A stretch of DNA of 60,292 nucleotides, filler included. It is 5 parts of 5 records of this genome, joined end to end, with 100 filler letters (N's around TTAATTAATTAA, not from the genome) between each part and the next. Parts side by side here need not be neighbours in the genome. Positions count along the whole stretch, not along the records: positions 1 to 18,005 come from SRR20825019_955; positions 18,106 to 33,185 come from SRR20825019_969; 3 more parts are not named here. The stretch is one strand, 5' to 3'. Position 1 is the first letter of the stretch; each line of letters starts with the position of its first letter. The notes under the pieces were generated by a model. That model was not told where the DNA came from, did no database searches, and saw only the letters and a program-made list of their open reading frames with translations. The position numbers were made by a program, and so were the translations under genes. Shown piece by piece: positions 9,879 through 20,195 of the stretch.

Positions 9879-11626
9879 ATGGAGGGTCCCCAGTATATGA
9901 TGCCACACACACACCAGCAGGGAACGGTCGGGAACATGTAAGACAAATAGGAGGTGTGGTCGAAGTGAACCTAACAGTGCAATATAGCCTTTGCTGCCTT
10001 TGCGGAGTACCCGTGCCCCCTAACCCGGCCAACATGTGCGTCAACTGCCTAAAAACTCAGGTGGATATCACAGAGGGCATTCCCAAGGAGATGATATTGC
10101 ACTTCTGTAAGGGCTGTGGGCGTTACCTGAAGTTGACCTCTTGGGTTCGTGCCGAACTGGAGTCTCGTGAACTTCTGGCCTTGTGTTTGAAGAAGTTGAA
10201 GGGCCTTAATAAGGTGAAACTTGTGGATGCTTCCTTCATCTGGACAGAGCCACACTCTCGCCGGGTGAAGGTCAAAGTCACCATACAGAAGGAGGTTTTT
10301 GCAAACACAATTCTGCAACAGGCCTTTGTTGTAGAGTATGTCGTGGAAGGGAAGTTCTGTGATGATTGTCACAGCGTTGCCGCAAAAGATACTTGGACCG
10401 CTGTTGCCCAAGTACGACAGAAAGTCGATCACAAGAAAACCTTTTATTACATAGAGCAGCTTATATTGAAGCATAATATGCACGCCAAGTGTGTGGGCAT
10501 CAAGGAGCTACATGATGGTATCGACTTCTTTTTCGGGGCTCGCAATGAGTGTATGAAGATGGTGGACTTTCTTCAGGGTATTGCGCCAAGCCGGCATAAG
10601 GAGTCTAAACGCCTAATCTCAGCCGATGAGCAGAATGCTACGGCGAACTTCAAGTTCACGTTGTCTGTGGAGATTGCACCTGTATGCAAAGAAGATCTAG
10701 TGTGCCTTCCGAAAAAGTTGGCTCAGCATTGTGGAAATATTAGTCCTGTGTGTGTGTGTTACAAGATCACGAATATGGTTGGTGTGATTGACCCCTTGAC
10801 CCTCCAAGGTATGCGTGCGTTGTTTCGTTTGGGCCTCTTGCTGATCATAACATGTAGTTGCTGACATGCTTCCCGACCTTTACTGGAAGCACAACTTCAG
10901 ACCATTGGCTTCCTCGAAGGCTATGAAGTCTTTTGTTGTCATTGACATTGAACTTTTGGGTCCTACCCGTGGAAAGGTATGCGCACTGACTATTAGACGT
11001 GGTGTTATTCAATTAACATGATTCTGTAGTATGCTTTGGCAGACATCACAGTTGCTAGATCATCTGACTTTGGTGTAAATGACCGTCAGTATATCACTAG
11101 GTCACACTTGGGAACATTCCTGCAGCCTGGAGATGAGGCCTGGGGTTATGACATGGCTGCCCTGAACATGCACATCGACGCCGAGATGCAGCTCCAGGGT
11201 ACCGATTTGCCGGATGTTATCCTTGTCAAGAAGAACTTCGAGAATGTGAGAAAGAACAAGCGCAAGCCGCGCACGTGGAAACTGAGGCATCTTGCCAAGG
11301 AGAGTGCCGAAGCAGATTCTGGTGACAAGAAGAAGGGGCGTAAAGCTAAAGGAAACTGGGAAGAAAAGGAAGCGCAGGAAATGGAGGAGTTCATGCAAGA
11401 TCTTGAGGAGGACTCTGAAATGCGCCAGCAGGTTAATATGTACAAGGACAACAAAGCCATTGAGCAACTGCAGCAGCGTAAGCCCTCTTCTGAGATGGCA
11501 GACACCGATGATGACGAGTTGCCTCAAGTTGGACTTGAAGAGCTCTTGGAAGATCTTCAAATTGGGGGTGGTAGTGATGAAGAAGATGAGCTACCCCCTA
11601 GCGACGATGATCTTATGGAAGACTAA
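9879..11626 (+). CDS. NMD3: 60S ribosomal export protein NMD3, 4 exons
   Basis: Start MEGPQYMMPHTHQQGTVGNILCCLCG; introns 9938-9987, 10809-10857, 10977-11029; motifs PNPANMCVNCL, AELESRELLALCLKKL, FIWTEPHSRRVKVK, QVRQKVDHKKTFYYIEQLILKH; C-terminal NES-like LEELLEDLQI. Confidence 0.95.
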
Positions 11627-11770
11627 ATACAATCGTTTATACTCACATTTGTGTCAAAGTTGGACCACTCTACTTTACTCGAGCTGGCTTGGCGATGAGT
11701 GCAGGCTGCTTCAACGCCATCGAATAGGTTGCCACCTTGCAATATCCACATGCACAACAAATAATCAATC

Positions 11771-12136
11771 TCACTTCCTCTTGAAGCGCTCAGCTCTCTT
11801 CCGCTTCTTGTATTTGTGTTTGTTCATCTTTTTCCTGCGCTTCTTCAGGGTGCTAGACATTTCCATGTCTACGGTATCCTCTACCTGAAGGGATGGGCCT
11901 AATGGGACCTGGGCAAGAGAGGGCAGGGCGGTCGCAGCAGGGGCAAGGCCAAAGGAAGCTACAGAGAACATAGGTGGTGGCTGGTATAGGGTACTTTGAT
12001 GAACCTGCCTTATCCCAAACAAACCACTGCAACCAACCGCGCGAGGTACCACATCCCGAAGTACGGCGCTGTTGGCGACACCCCGACTAGAACGGGCAAC
12101 AGCAGCCCTTGCCAGATGACCCAGCACAGCCGCCAT
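11771..12136 (-). CDS. Mitochondrial ribosomal protein mS38 (COX24/AURKAIP1, DUF1713) family
   Basis: C-terminal SSTLKKRRKKMNKHKYKKRKRAERFKRK signature; Arg/Ala/Ser-rich presequence-like N-terminus. Confidence 0.85.
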   Translation of the reverse strand: MAAVLGHLARAAVARSSRGVANSAVLRDVVPRAVGCSGLFGIRQVHQSTLYQPPPMFSVASFGLAPAATALPSLAQVPLGPSLQVEDTVDMEMSSTLKKRRKKMNKHKYKKRKRAERFKRK

Positions 12137-12291
12137 GCTACTACACTGCAACACTTACTTTCGAATACACACTTATATTGACATTCGTCACAGGCGGGTT
12201 GAAACTTTGCACAAGGTCGGTCGGGTTCGAAACCTGGCTCAAACCCGAACACGAAAGAGCCACCGTCTCTACATGATGCCAACCAACCACC

Positions 12292-12865
12292 GCCAGCGGG
12301 ACGGATGTCGCGCCGTCCGACTCAACGCCAGGTCCGGTTGGCCGGCAACTCCGGCACCGAGCGCCGTTCATTGAGCCACGGCACTCGAAGCCTGTTCATT
12401 ACCGATTGGGACGGGTCGCCGACCGGCGGGCCCGGCCCGGCCTGGCATGGCCGGGCCGTGACGGCGGCCCGCCCACCACGGCGGCGGGCTCGGAGGCTTC
12501 GGGCCCGGAACCGCCAACCACCGGCGGGGCGCGGACCCGGACCGGACGACTCCAGACACGACCGGCCCGGCCGGTCGGTGGTCCGCCCGGCTGCCGGCCG
12601 ACCCCGCCGGAACAAGCCAGTGCCCGCGACAGAGGTGGGCCGCGGCGTTGCGGGGCGCCCGCTACCCGCTGAGCTCACCGGGCCCCACGCACTGACCGGA
12701 CGGAGCCGGCCCTCCGGCAGCGCCACGGTGGCGCTCACGCTGACTGAGCCGACTGCTCCTCGGCCGCCCAGCCGACTAACGACCCGCTCCACCGTGCGCT
12801 CCTGCGTGCCTCGAGCGCCCCGGCAATCAGCTGGTCACCTCCCCCTCCAAGCAGGCCGGCCTCTC
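12292..12865. promoter_or_regulatory. Large GC-rich island in divergent mS38/MAPK intergenic region
   Basis: 12421-12480 has 8 A/T in 60 nt; many CCCGG/GGCC words. Confidence 0.55.
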
Positions 12866-13328
12866 AGAATACCGAATTGATTTCGGTACAACGATCGGGT
12901 TCGATGCCGAGTCACATTCGTCGGGCGGCGCGCGCCTCCTCTGCCACGGTATCGTCGGACCGTGAATAGATCAGACTGTGCTGACAAGGAAACTCTCATC
13001 AGTGCCAGTACACGAGTCTTCGTCCCTCAAGCTGGAGTATCATCAGTCACCCCGATTGTAGGCCTTAGCATACTTGCTGCAACGGCGAGGGGACACGAAG
13101 ACTGACTTGCCCGGGACCTTTGTCACTTCAGAATGACTGTTCCGCTGCACCCTTGTACTTTTTCTACTAATATGTAGTCTCCCCTGTGAACTCATCTCTA
13201 TTAGACGAGTGTGTGCGACAGTTCTCTGCTTCTAAATGGAATAGTAGCTCTTTCTATCGGGATCAAAACTTGACTTTCAATTTCGCCCGAACCTATAGTC
13301 TTGCTTTCTTGTTGAATCGAGGGAAGTC

Positions 13329-15075
13329 ATGAGTCTGATTCAGCGAAAGAAGACCAACCTTAACTGGGGTATGTGTCGGGTGGAAAAGGGTGTCTACGTT
13401 GTCAAAGGTATGACTTGAGTGTTGATGAATTGCGGGGCTTGGGTGTGACTATTTCTCAGGGGATACTTGGCGCCTTGGTTTAGGACTAGACCTTGTGAAG
13501 TACCTTGGACGAGGGACATATGGGGCTGTTTGCGAAGCTAGGGAAGAGGGTTCAGATAAGAAGTTGGCAGTTAAGAAGATGTCAAGAATCTTCGACCTTT
13601 CGGTTAGTGCCACTAGGCTTTTACGGGAAGTTGCCATATTGAACCAGCTGGAACATCCAAATGTTTGTGATATTTTGCTTCGTACATATTCTCTTGTGCT
13701 GATATAACGAGTGCAGATTGTGCGACTTAACCGCATCTTGGAGCCACCTGGGGGATACTTCAATGAGCTCTACATAGTTTTTGAATATGCCGGCTTAGAC
13801 TTGCAGGCTCGCTTAATGCAACCCGAGGGGTTGACTTTAGATGAAGTGAAAAGTTACATGGCACAAATGATTTCAGCTTTGTCGTATCTGCATCACTTGA
13901 ACATATTTCATAGAGATCTGAAGCCCGCCAATGTGCTTGTCGATGACAAGAACCACGTGCGACTTTGTGATTTCGGGTTGTCACGCGTGTCAGGGGCCAG
14001 TGATGAGCCTCTGATGGAAGATGAACAGGAAGATAAAGGAGGTCGCGAAGGAGAATGTATGGATGAACGCAGACCCGTAAAAATGAAGAGGCGGTACTCT
14101 CAGCATGTCGTATCCAGTCACTATCGAGCGCCAGAAGTCATCTTCTCGAACGGGGATTATAATGAGGCTATTGATATGTGGGCAGCAGGTTGTATTTTTC
14201 ACGAACTCCTGCTGAAACTGAAAGGCTGTTCAACCGGTGTTGATAGCCAAGCCAGTGTGCCGGTAGGACCACTATTCGGGGCTTGCAACTCCGGACCTCC
14301 GCTTGCAAGTAGTGGTGGAACGACAAGGGACGGGGATGGGGAGTCTTCGGCGGCTGAGAAGGCCGAGATTGTAAACAAAAGTGATAGTGATGCCTCGGAT
14401 TCTGAATCAGACGATGGGTCGGAAGTGGAATCAGACGCTGGCACAGCCATTCCTGCCAGTATTGTAGAGCACATTCCGCAGGTTAACGCTATTTTGAATG
14501 TCGTGGGGACTCCGTCCACGGAAGAAATAGAAATTATAGAAGATGAAGGCATTCGATCTTATTTGAGTAATATGAAGCCTATCCGAGCTGTATCGTTGAA
14601 GGAGCTTCATCCCACAGCACCGGATAGCGCGGTGGATCTTCTCCAGAGGATGTTGAAGTTCGACCCGCGCAGGCGATGCACCACCGACGACGCTTTGCGG
14701 CACGAGTTCTTCGCTGACTGTCACCTGCCCCGCGTGGCAACAATACTGGAAGACATGCCGACAGATTCGCGGGCTCGTGTTTTGAGAAAGACTGCCCAAC
14801 GGATTGAAGAAGCAAGAAACGACACCAATTCAATGTGTGCTTTGCTTCATGAGCAAATCAGTATCGCGAATGCTCGCGTTAAGGCCGAGGGCGTGCCGAC
14901 GTCTGGTCTTGTGGACTGTGACACCCTTCACACACGCAAAAGGGCTCCGTCTGGTGATTCTGGATCGTCTGGATGGACATCACCTGTCTCATCGAAGGCG
15001 AAGAAACGGTTTCGACCGAATATCAGTGTGGCTAGCCGTAGACCGCGTGGTGAGGTTAGTGTAGTAGAATCTTGA
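13329..15075 (+). CDS. Atypical MAP-kinase-like CMGC Ser/Thr kinase, 3 exons
   Basis: Introns 13408-13459 and 13663-13716; GRGTYG, AVKK, RLLREVAIL, HRDLKPAN, DFGLSR, YRAPE, IDMWAAGCIF, DLLQRMLKFDPRRR; activation loop ends YSQHVVSSHYRAPE. Confidence 0.9.
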
Positions 15076-15226
15076 ATCAAGTAAATTAGTCGTAGTTCAA
15101 ATTTGTGATGGTTAGCGTCATTTAATATGCAGGATTTCCTTGCCAAGGAGAGTTACATTTGCATTCCTTCCCGGCTTGCCGAGCAAAGCGACCATGAGAC
15201 CATAACAGAAAGAGCCACCCTAGCAC

Positions 15227-17698
15227 TCATGGCGTGGAAGGAGGGAAGTTGTGGCCGTCGCTGTGATAAGGATTAACAGTGCTGAGCTTTGGTAGCCGGG
15301 TTGGCTTGAATTGTGGCGCAGAGGTGAACTCTGTCTCATCGTTCGAGCCCATGATAGTCTTACGTGACATGTCAATAACCAGCTCGGCGCGCCCATTACC
15401 CCATCTGCTTAGGATATCTTGTGCCATTCGGTGAGAGTTACGTCGCTTCTCAGCGTACCTCCTGCTTCCACAGACATGACTTGGACCTGGATGTACAATC
15501 CTAAACCTTCCTTTTTTCCCGGAACTCTGAGACATCTGAGAGTCTTGCTTGTGCCGAATCACCTCGAACAATTGGCTTGGGATCTGAACGCTTGCACCCT
15601 TAAAGCTGGAGTCCACCTCATCCAGGATCTGATCTACTGTCACAGGCTGCCGTTCGTACATTAGTTCGCTCTCCCTCTCACGATCTGGTGACTCCCGGAT
15701 AGGGCGGAGGTTGCTAAAGCTACGCATCCTGTCCTTTTTCAGACTACTTCCATTCTCATTGAGAGTCTCTCCACAATACATGCATTTTGGCGGATATACT
15801 ATCTTCTTCTGCTGTTCCTCTTCTTCGATTTTGGCTTGCATTTCCATATCAATGCTGTCCTCCTCTTCACTGTCGTCGTCATCATCCAAGGACGGCGGTC
15901 GCGGCGGAGGACCTCCAACAAGCTTGGGAAAGGTTGTGTGGAATTCTCCGAACATCGGAGGGCTCGTGTTTGGTTTTCGGGTCTTAGTCACACGGCGCTT
16001 GCGTCGACTGGAAAGATTAAGATCAGCTGGGTAGCTGTTGCATAGCACCGGGATTTTTCTGGTATTTTGGAAGGGCCTCTTTTGAGCATATTCCAGTAGC
16101 TCCTGGTTTTTTTTGATCACCCCATCCCACTCTCGATACCAATGAGAGAGGAAATTTTGATCGTCACAATCTAGTAATCTTTCTAGCTTCCCATCTTGCT
16201 TCTGTACAATCGGAACTGCAAGTAATCTATCTGTAGGGAGCTCTGTTTCCAGAGGAGATTCGTCAGTGCGCCCATCCAACATCTTGTTGCCCTCCCGGTC
16301 TGGCAGATCAGGTGTGATAGCCGCCGCACTGTTAGATCTGGACTCGCCATCTGAGAGTTCCAACGGATTGATCTCGACATCTACATGGGTAAGGTGAAAC
16401 GTTTCTTCCTCTGGCGGGGGCATTTCAGCAATAGGTGATCCACGCTGCCGTGAAGATGTGGCCCTCTCGATATGGTCACCGCAACGCGGTGCTCCCTCAT
16501 CAGATGATGCCTGCCGTCCTTCGCCTGATACCACAAGATCACTCTCCCATTTCACTTCCTTGACTATTGGCTTGGGAGGTGCGGATGGATCTCCTGCGGA
16601 AGACAATCTGCTCGACCTAAAACTCCCCTGCATATCCGAGCTTCCCTTTCTGGGCGTACGAGGAGGCATGGGCTGTTCTGCATCGCTTCCTTGACTATTG
16701 TGAAATCCACGTAAAGTTTGTTGATGACCAGGGGTAATCAGAATCTGAGGGAAATTGCCCTTCACTGAAGAGCCGCTGCGGTCTTGGACAGGCGGGGTTT
16801 TTGGTGGTGCTCGGCGGAGCTGGAGAGGAGTTTCTTGTGCTGACCAGCCGCTGTTAATGGCGCCTCCATCAAAGTCATTTTGATAATCCACTGAAATTTC
16901 ATCATCACTCTCAATATTTCCAGTAAACTTCACGGTCAAACCTCCCGGCGAGTATCTCTTCCTCTCTATGCTTTCACCCAAAGCATCTCCAGCACCACTG
17001 CCGGAGCTTCCCCGTGTATTTTGTTGAGGAGTGGCTTGTTTGTTCTCCAACCGTGCTGAGTTTCCCAGCATCAACATTTCACCGCTTCCTTCACCCTTTC
17101 CCGACATCCTTTCTGGCCCCGGACTGGTGCGGCCAACTTCAAATCCGCTTAAATCCATGGTCTTTTCCGGCCGTCCCACTCCCTCGGCTTTCTTGTCATC
17201 TACAGGAGCAGTGGAACTCCTCTTGCTTCGCAACTGGGAGATAAGCCTGTTTCCAGCATTGTCCTGTCGAGAAAGTGGCAACTCGCCGATCCCATCCCCC
17301 CCAGGAGTAACTGCAGTGCAACTCTGACTGGTGCCAGGTTTCTTCCCGTGTTTTTGTATGGGACGCCCTTGTTCTTCGAGTTTCGCTTGGAGTTCATCAA
17401 GAACTGTGTACTTCTTTATCATCCGCTCCCCCCTTTTCATGCCAATACTATCGCGTGGCTGCATGACTCGCTCCGTAAACTTCTCTTCAGGAATAGTGTG
17501 AGGTTCGTCAGGGTCGTCGGTCCTTTTCAGACGCAGAGCAAACGGCGCCGGCTTTCGCGGAGGTATCTTGTTGTGCACAATTAAGGTGGGCTCAGCTCTT
17601 GTGCGCACCCTTTTCGCCTTGGTGGCCGGCGCAAACGCCGATGCCATACTTTCTGACATTAGTGCCCCCCCTCGAACCGGCGTGCACTCTGTTAACAA
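15227..17698 (-). CDS. Hypothetical, largely disordered protein (about 810-820 aa); 5' end uncertain
   Basis: Long uninterrupted ORF, S/P/E/R-rich, one CxxC (CMYC); first ATG at 17659, upstream exon possible. Confidence 0.65.
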   Translation of the reverse strand: MLTECTPVRGGALMSESMASAFAPATKAKRVRTRAEPTLIVHNKIPPRKPAPFALRLKRTDDPDEPHTIPEEKFTERVMQPRDSIGMKRGERMIKKYTVLDELQAKLEEQGRPIQKHGKKPGTSQSCTAVTPGGDGIGELPLSRQDNAGNRLISQLRSKRSSTAPVDDKKAEGVGRPEKTMDLSGFEVGRTSPGPERMSGKGEGSGEMLMLGNSARLENKQATPQQNTRGSSGSGAGDALGESIERKRYSPGGLTVKFTGNIESDDEISVDYQNDFDGGAINSGWSAQETPLQLRRAPPKTPPVQDRSGSSVKGNFPQILITPGHQQTLRGFHNSQGSDAEQPMPPRTPRKGSSDMQGSFRSSRLSSAGDPSAPPKPIVKEVKWESDLVVSGEGRQASSDEGAPRCGDHIERATSSRQRGSPIAEMPPPEEETFHLTHVDVEINPLELSDGESRSNSAAAITPDLPDREGNKMLDGRTDESPLETELPTDRLLAVPIVQKQDGKLERLLDCDDQNFLSHWYREWDGVIKKNQELLEYAQKRPFQNTRKIPVLCNSYPADLNLSSRRKRRVTKTRKPNTSPPMFGEFHTTFPKLVGGPPPRPPSLDDDDDSEEEDSIDMEMQAKIEEEEQQKKIVYPPKCMYCGETLNENGSSLKKDRMRSFSNLRPIRESPDRERESELMYERQPVTVDQILDEVDSSFKGASVQIPSQLFEVIRHKQDSQMSQSSGKKGRFRIVHPGPSHVCGSRRYAEKRRNSHRMAQDILSRWGNGRAELVIDMSRKTIMGSNDETEFTSAPQFKPTRLPKLSTVNPYHSDGHNFPPSTP

Positions 17699-18005
17699 CT
17701 AAAGTATTCGTCGTTTCCCTACTCTGCTGGGAGGTATATGTTGAAATAGAGGTCCTACATATATACGCTCCAGTTCAGGGAACACTGCTGCTGAGATTGA
17801 CCCTTACTGCAGTGCTGGGCGTTCTGCTTGGCCATAAGGAGTCGCGGTGGAGTAGGCTGTGGAGTAGATCGTCTCCTGCTTGCTCTTTTTGGCTTTTAGT
17901 GTGGCCCGCTTGGCAGGACGGACCTTCCCTTCCCTGGTAAGGTCGTGAGGTGCTAGCACGTCACCATTCCACGGCCCGGGGGGTGGGGGGGGGGGGGGGG
18001 GGGGG

Positions 18006-18105
18006 NNNNNNNNNNNNNNNNNNNNNNNNNNNNNNNNNNNNNNNNNNNNTTAATTAATTAANNNNNNNNNNNNNNNNNNNNNNNNNNNNNNNNNNNNNNN
18101 NNNNN
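18006..18105. other. Artificial contig linker
   Basis: N run with central TTAATTAATTAA (stops in all frames); composition and taxon change across it. Confidence 0.98.
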
Positions 18106-18189
18106 GAATCGATTTTCGGAAAGCACGGTGCGTAGATTCAACAGGTTAGAGCGTCCTTGGTGCGTCGAAACGATCGCACCGCGCTCTAG
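18106..18189. repeat. Rhizobiaceae intergenic palindromic repeat (RIME-like), truncated by contig edge
   Basis: Reverse complement CTAGAGCGCGGTGCG..GACGCACCAAGGACGCTCTAAC..TTGAATCTACGCACCGTGCTTTCCGAAAATCGATTC resembles rhizobial intergenic mosaic elements; nested palindrome TAGAGCG..CGCTCTA. Confidence 0.65.
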
Positions 18190-18295
18190 TCAACCTCACC
18201 ACCCCCCCAGAGCTTTACGTTCCCCCTCACCTGAGTTGAGGGGGAACCGGCAAGACAGAACCGTCCTCTGCATTCATCCACAATGAGGTTTCCTC

Positions 18296-18787
18296 ATGAA
18301 CAATATAAGAGCAATACTTGAGAAAACGGTCCTGTTTCTCATCACCGTTTTCCTTGCATTACTGGTCATCATGGCGACGTGGCAGGTTTTTACCCGTTAT
18401 GTCCTGAACTCGCCGTCTCAGTTTACCGATGAAGCGCTTCGTTTCACGATGATCTGGCTGGTCTATCTCGGCGCATCCTATGCTTTCGGCCTGACGGACA
18501 GGCACATGTCTCTTGGCCTGATCAAGGACGCCTTCAAAGGGCGTAAGAGAATTGTGTTTGAAACCTTCAACTATCTGGCCGTTCTCGCTTTCATCATTAC
18601 CGTTTTGCTCAAGGGCGGCTTCAACCTCGTTGCCGTTGGTGTCGGTCAGAATTCCGACAGTCTCGATCTGCCGATGAACTGGGTTTACGCCATCATTCCG
18701 CTGGCCGGCTTCCTGTCTGTCTTTTTCAAGACACTCAACTACCGCGATGTGCTGAAGGATATCAGGAGCGAAGCAAATGGACACTAA
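18296..18787 (+). CDS. dctQ: TRAP transporter small permease
   Basis: 4 TM; QVFTRYVLNSPSQFTDEALRFTMIW..YLGA, LPMNWVYAIIP. Confidence 0.92.
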   Translation: MNNIRAILEKTVLFLITVFLALLVIMATWQVFTRYVLNSPSQFTDEALRFTMIWLVYLGASYAFGLTDRHMSLGLIKDAFKGRKRIVFETFNYLAVLAFIITVLLKGGFNLVAVGVGQNSDSLDLPMNWVYAIIPLAGFLSVFFKTLNYRDVLKDIRSEANGH

Positions 18788-20081
18788 TCTCGTCGCGGCC
18801 ATTCTCCTCCCGCTATTCGTAATCTTTCTTCTTTGCGGTATGCCGATTGCTGTTGGCATCGGGTTGAGTTCCCTTGCCGCAATCGCCGTCATTCTGCCAG
18901 TGGACCAGATCTTCTTTCAGGGCGCCCAGAAGATGTTCGGCGGCATTAACAGTTTCGGCATGCTGGCAGTTCCCTTTTTCATGCTGGCAGGAAACATCAT
19001 GAACCACGGCGGCATTGCGCGGAAGCTGATCAACCTTGCATTGATGTTCGGTGGACGTATGCCCGGCGCGCTCGCCCACGCCAATGTCATGGGCAACATG
19101 CTGTTCGGCACACTGTCGGGCTCAGGCATGGCCTGCACGGCGGCCATCGGTGGCACGATGGCGCCGATCCAGAAGGAAAAGGGTTATGACCCGGCCTTCT
19201 CAGCTGCCATCAATATCGCATCCGGCCCCGTTGGTATGCTGATCCCGCCGTCGGGTCTCCTGATCCTGTTTTCGATTGTAAGCGGCGGCGTTTCGGTTGC
19301 CGGCCTGTTCATGGGCGGCTGGATCCCCGGCATTCTTTGGGGCCTTGCAGTCATGGCAGTCGCCTATGTCATGGCCAGGAAATACAATCTGCCGACGGAA
19401 GAATCGAACCTAACCTTCCGCCAGAAGCTCATGGTTCTGCTCGACTCGATCCCGGCGCTGATGCTGATCGTGATCGTCATGGGTGGCATTGTCGGTGGCA
19501 TCTTTACCGCTACCGAAGGTGCGGCGGTTGCCGTTGTTTACAGCCTGTTGCTGTCGCTCTACTACAGGACGATTAACCGCAAGATGCTGATTTCGACGCT
19601 CACGGATACAGCCGTTACCACGGGCGTTATACTTTTCCTCGTTGCAGTATCAAGCCTGATGAGCTGGATCATGGCCTATGCCCAGATCCCGGAAATGATC
19701 GGCAACTTCCTGCTGAACGTGACCGACAACAAGATCGTGCTTCTGCTGATCATCAATGTCGCACTGCTTGTTCTCGGCACATTCATGGACGCAACGCCTG
19801 CGATTCTGATCTTCACGCCGATCCTGATGCCGATCTGCACCCAGATGTTCGGAATGGATCCGATCCAGTTCGGTGTCATGATGATCTTCAACCTCGGAAT
19901 CGGCAACATAACGCCACCGGTCGGCTGCGTGCTATTCGTTGGCGCTGCGGTGGGCGAGACCAAGATCGAGAAGGTTCTGCCCTATCTGATCCCGATCTTC
20001 CTCGTCTTGCTTCTGGTACTGGCGCTCGTCACCTACGTTCCGGCAGTCAGCCTGTTCCTGCCGCGTCTGTTCGGCGTCTGA
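18777..20081 (+). CDS. dctM: TRAP transporter large permease
   Basis: LAVPFFMLAGNIMNHGGIA, LIPPS, GIFTATEGAAVAV, TPPVG; 434-aa polytopic protein. Confidence 0.95.
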   Translation: MDTNLVAAILLPLFVIFLLCGMPIAVGIGLSSLAAIAVILPVDQIFFQGAQKMFGGINSFGMLAVPFFMLAGNIMNHGGIARKLINLALMFGGRMPGALAHANVMGNMLFGTLSGSGMACTAAIGGTMAPIQKEKGYDPAFSAAINIASGPVGMLIPPSGLLILFSIVSGGVSVAGLFMGGWIPGILWGLAVMAVAYVMARKYNLPTEESNLTFRQKLMVLLDSIPALMLIVIVMGGIVGGIFTATEGAAVAVVYSLLLSLYYRTINRKMLISTLTDTAVTTGVILFLVAVSSLMSWIMAYAQIPEMIGNFLLNVTDNKIVLLLIINVALLVLGTFMDATPAILIFTPILMPICTQMFGMDPIQFGVMMIFNLGIGNITPPVGCVLFVGAAVGETKIEKVLPYLIPIFLVLLLVLALVTYVPAVSLFLPRLFGV

Positions 20082-20195
20082 GCCGAATAGACGGAAACCC
20101 CACACCGGTCCCGTGCGCGAGGCCGGTCCGGGACGGGGGTATCCTCCCAGCCTCCGTCCCAGTACCTTCAATGCAAGGATAAAGGAATTTATCTG

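Noticed and set aside
12990-13050. Hammerhead ribozyme suggested by CTGATGAG on the minus strand
   Set aside because: No downstream stem II-GAAA core found.
17978-18005. Poly-G run / G-quadruplex
   Set aside because: At the contig end; likely a sequencing or assembly artefact.
18006-18105. Eukaryote-bacterium junction as evidence of HGT or endosymbiont insertion
   Set aside because: The junction is an artificial N/TTAATTAATTAA linker.
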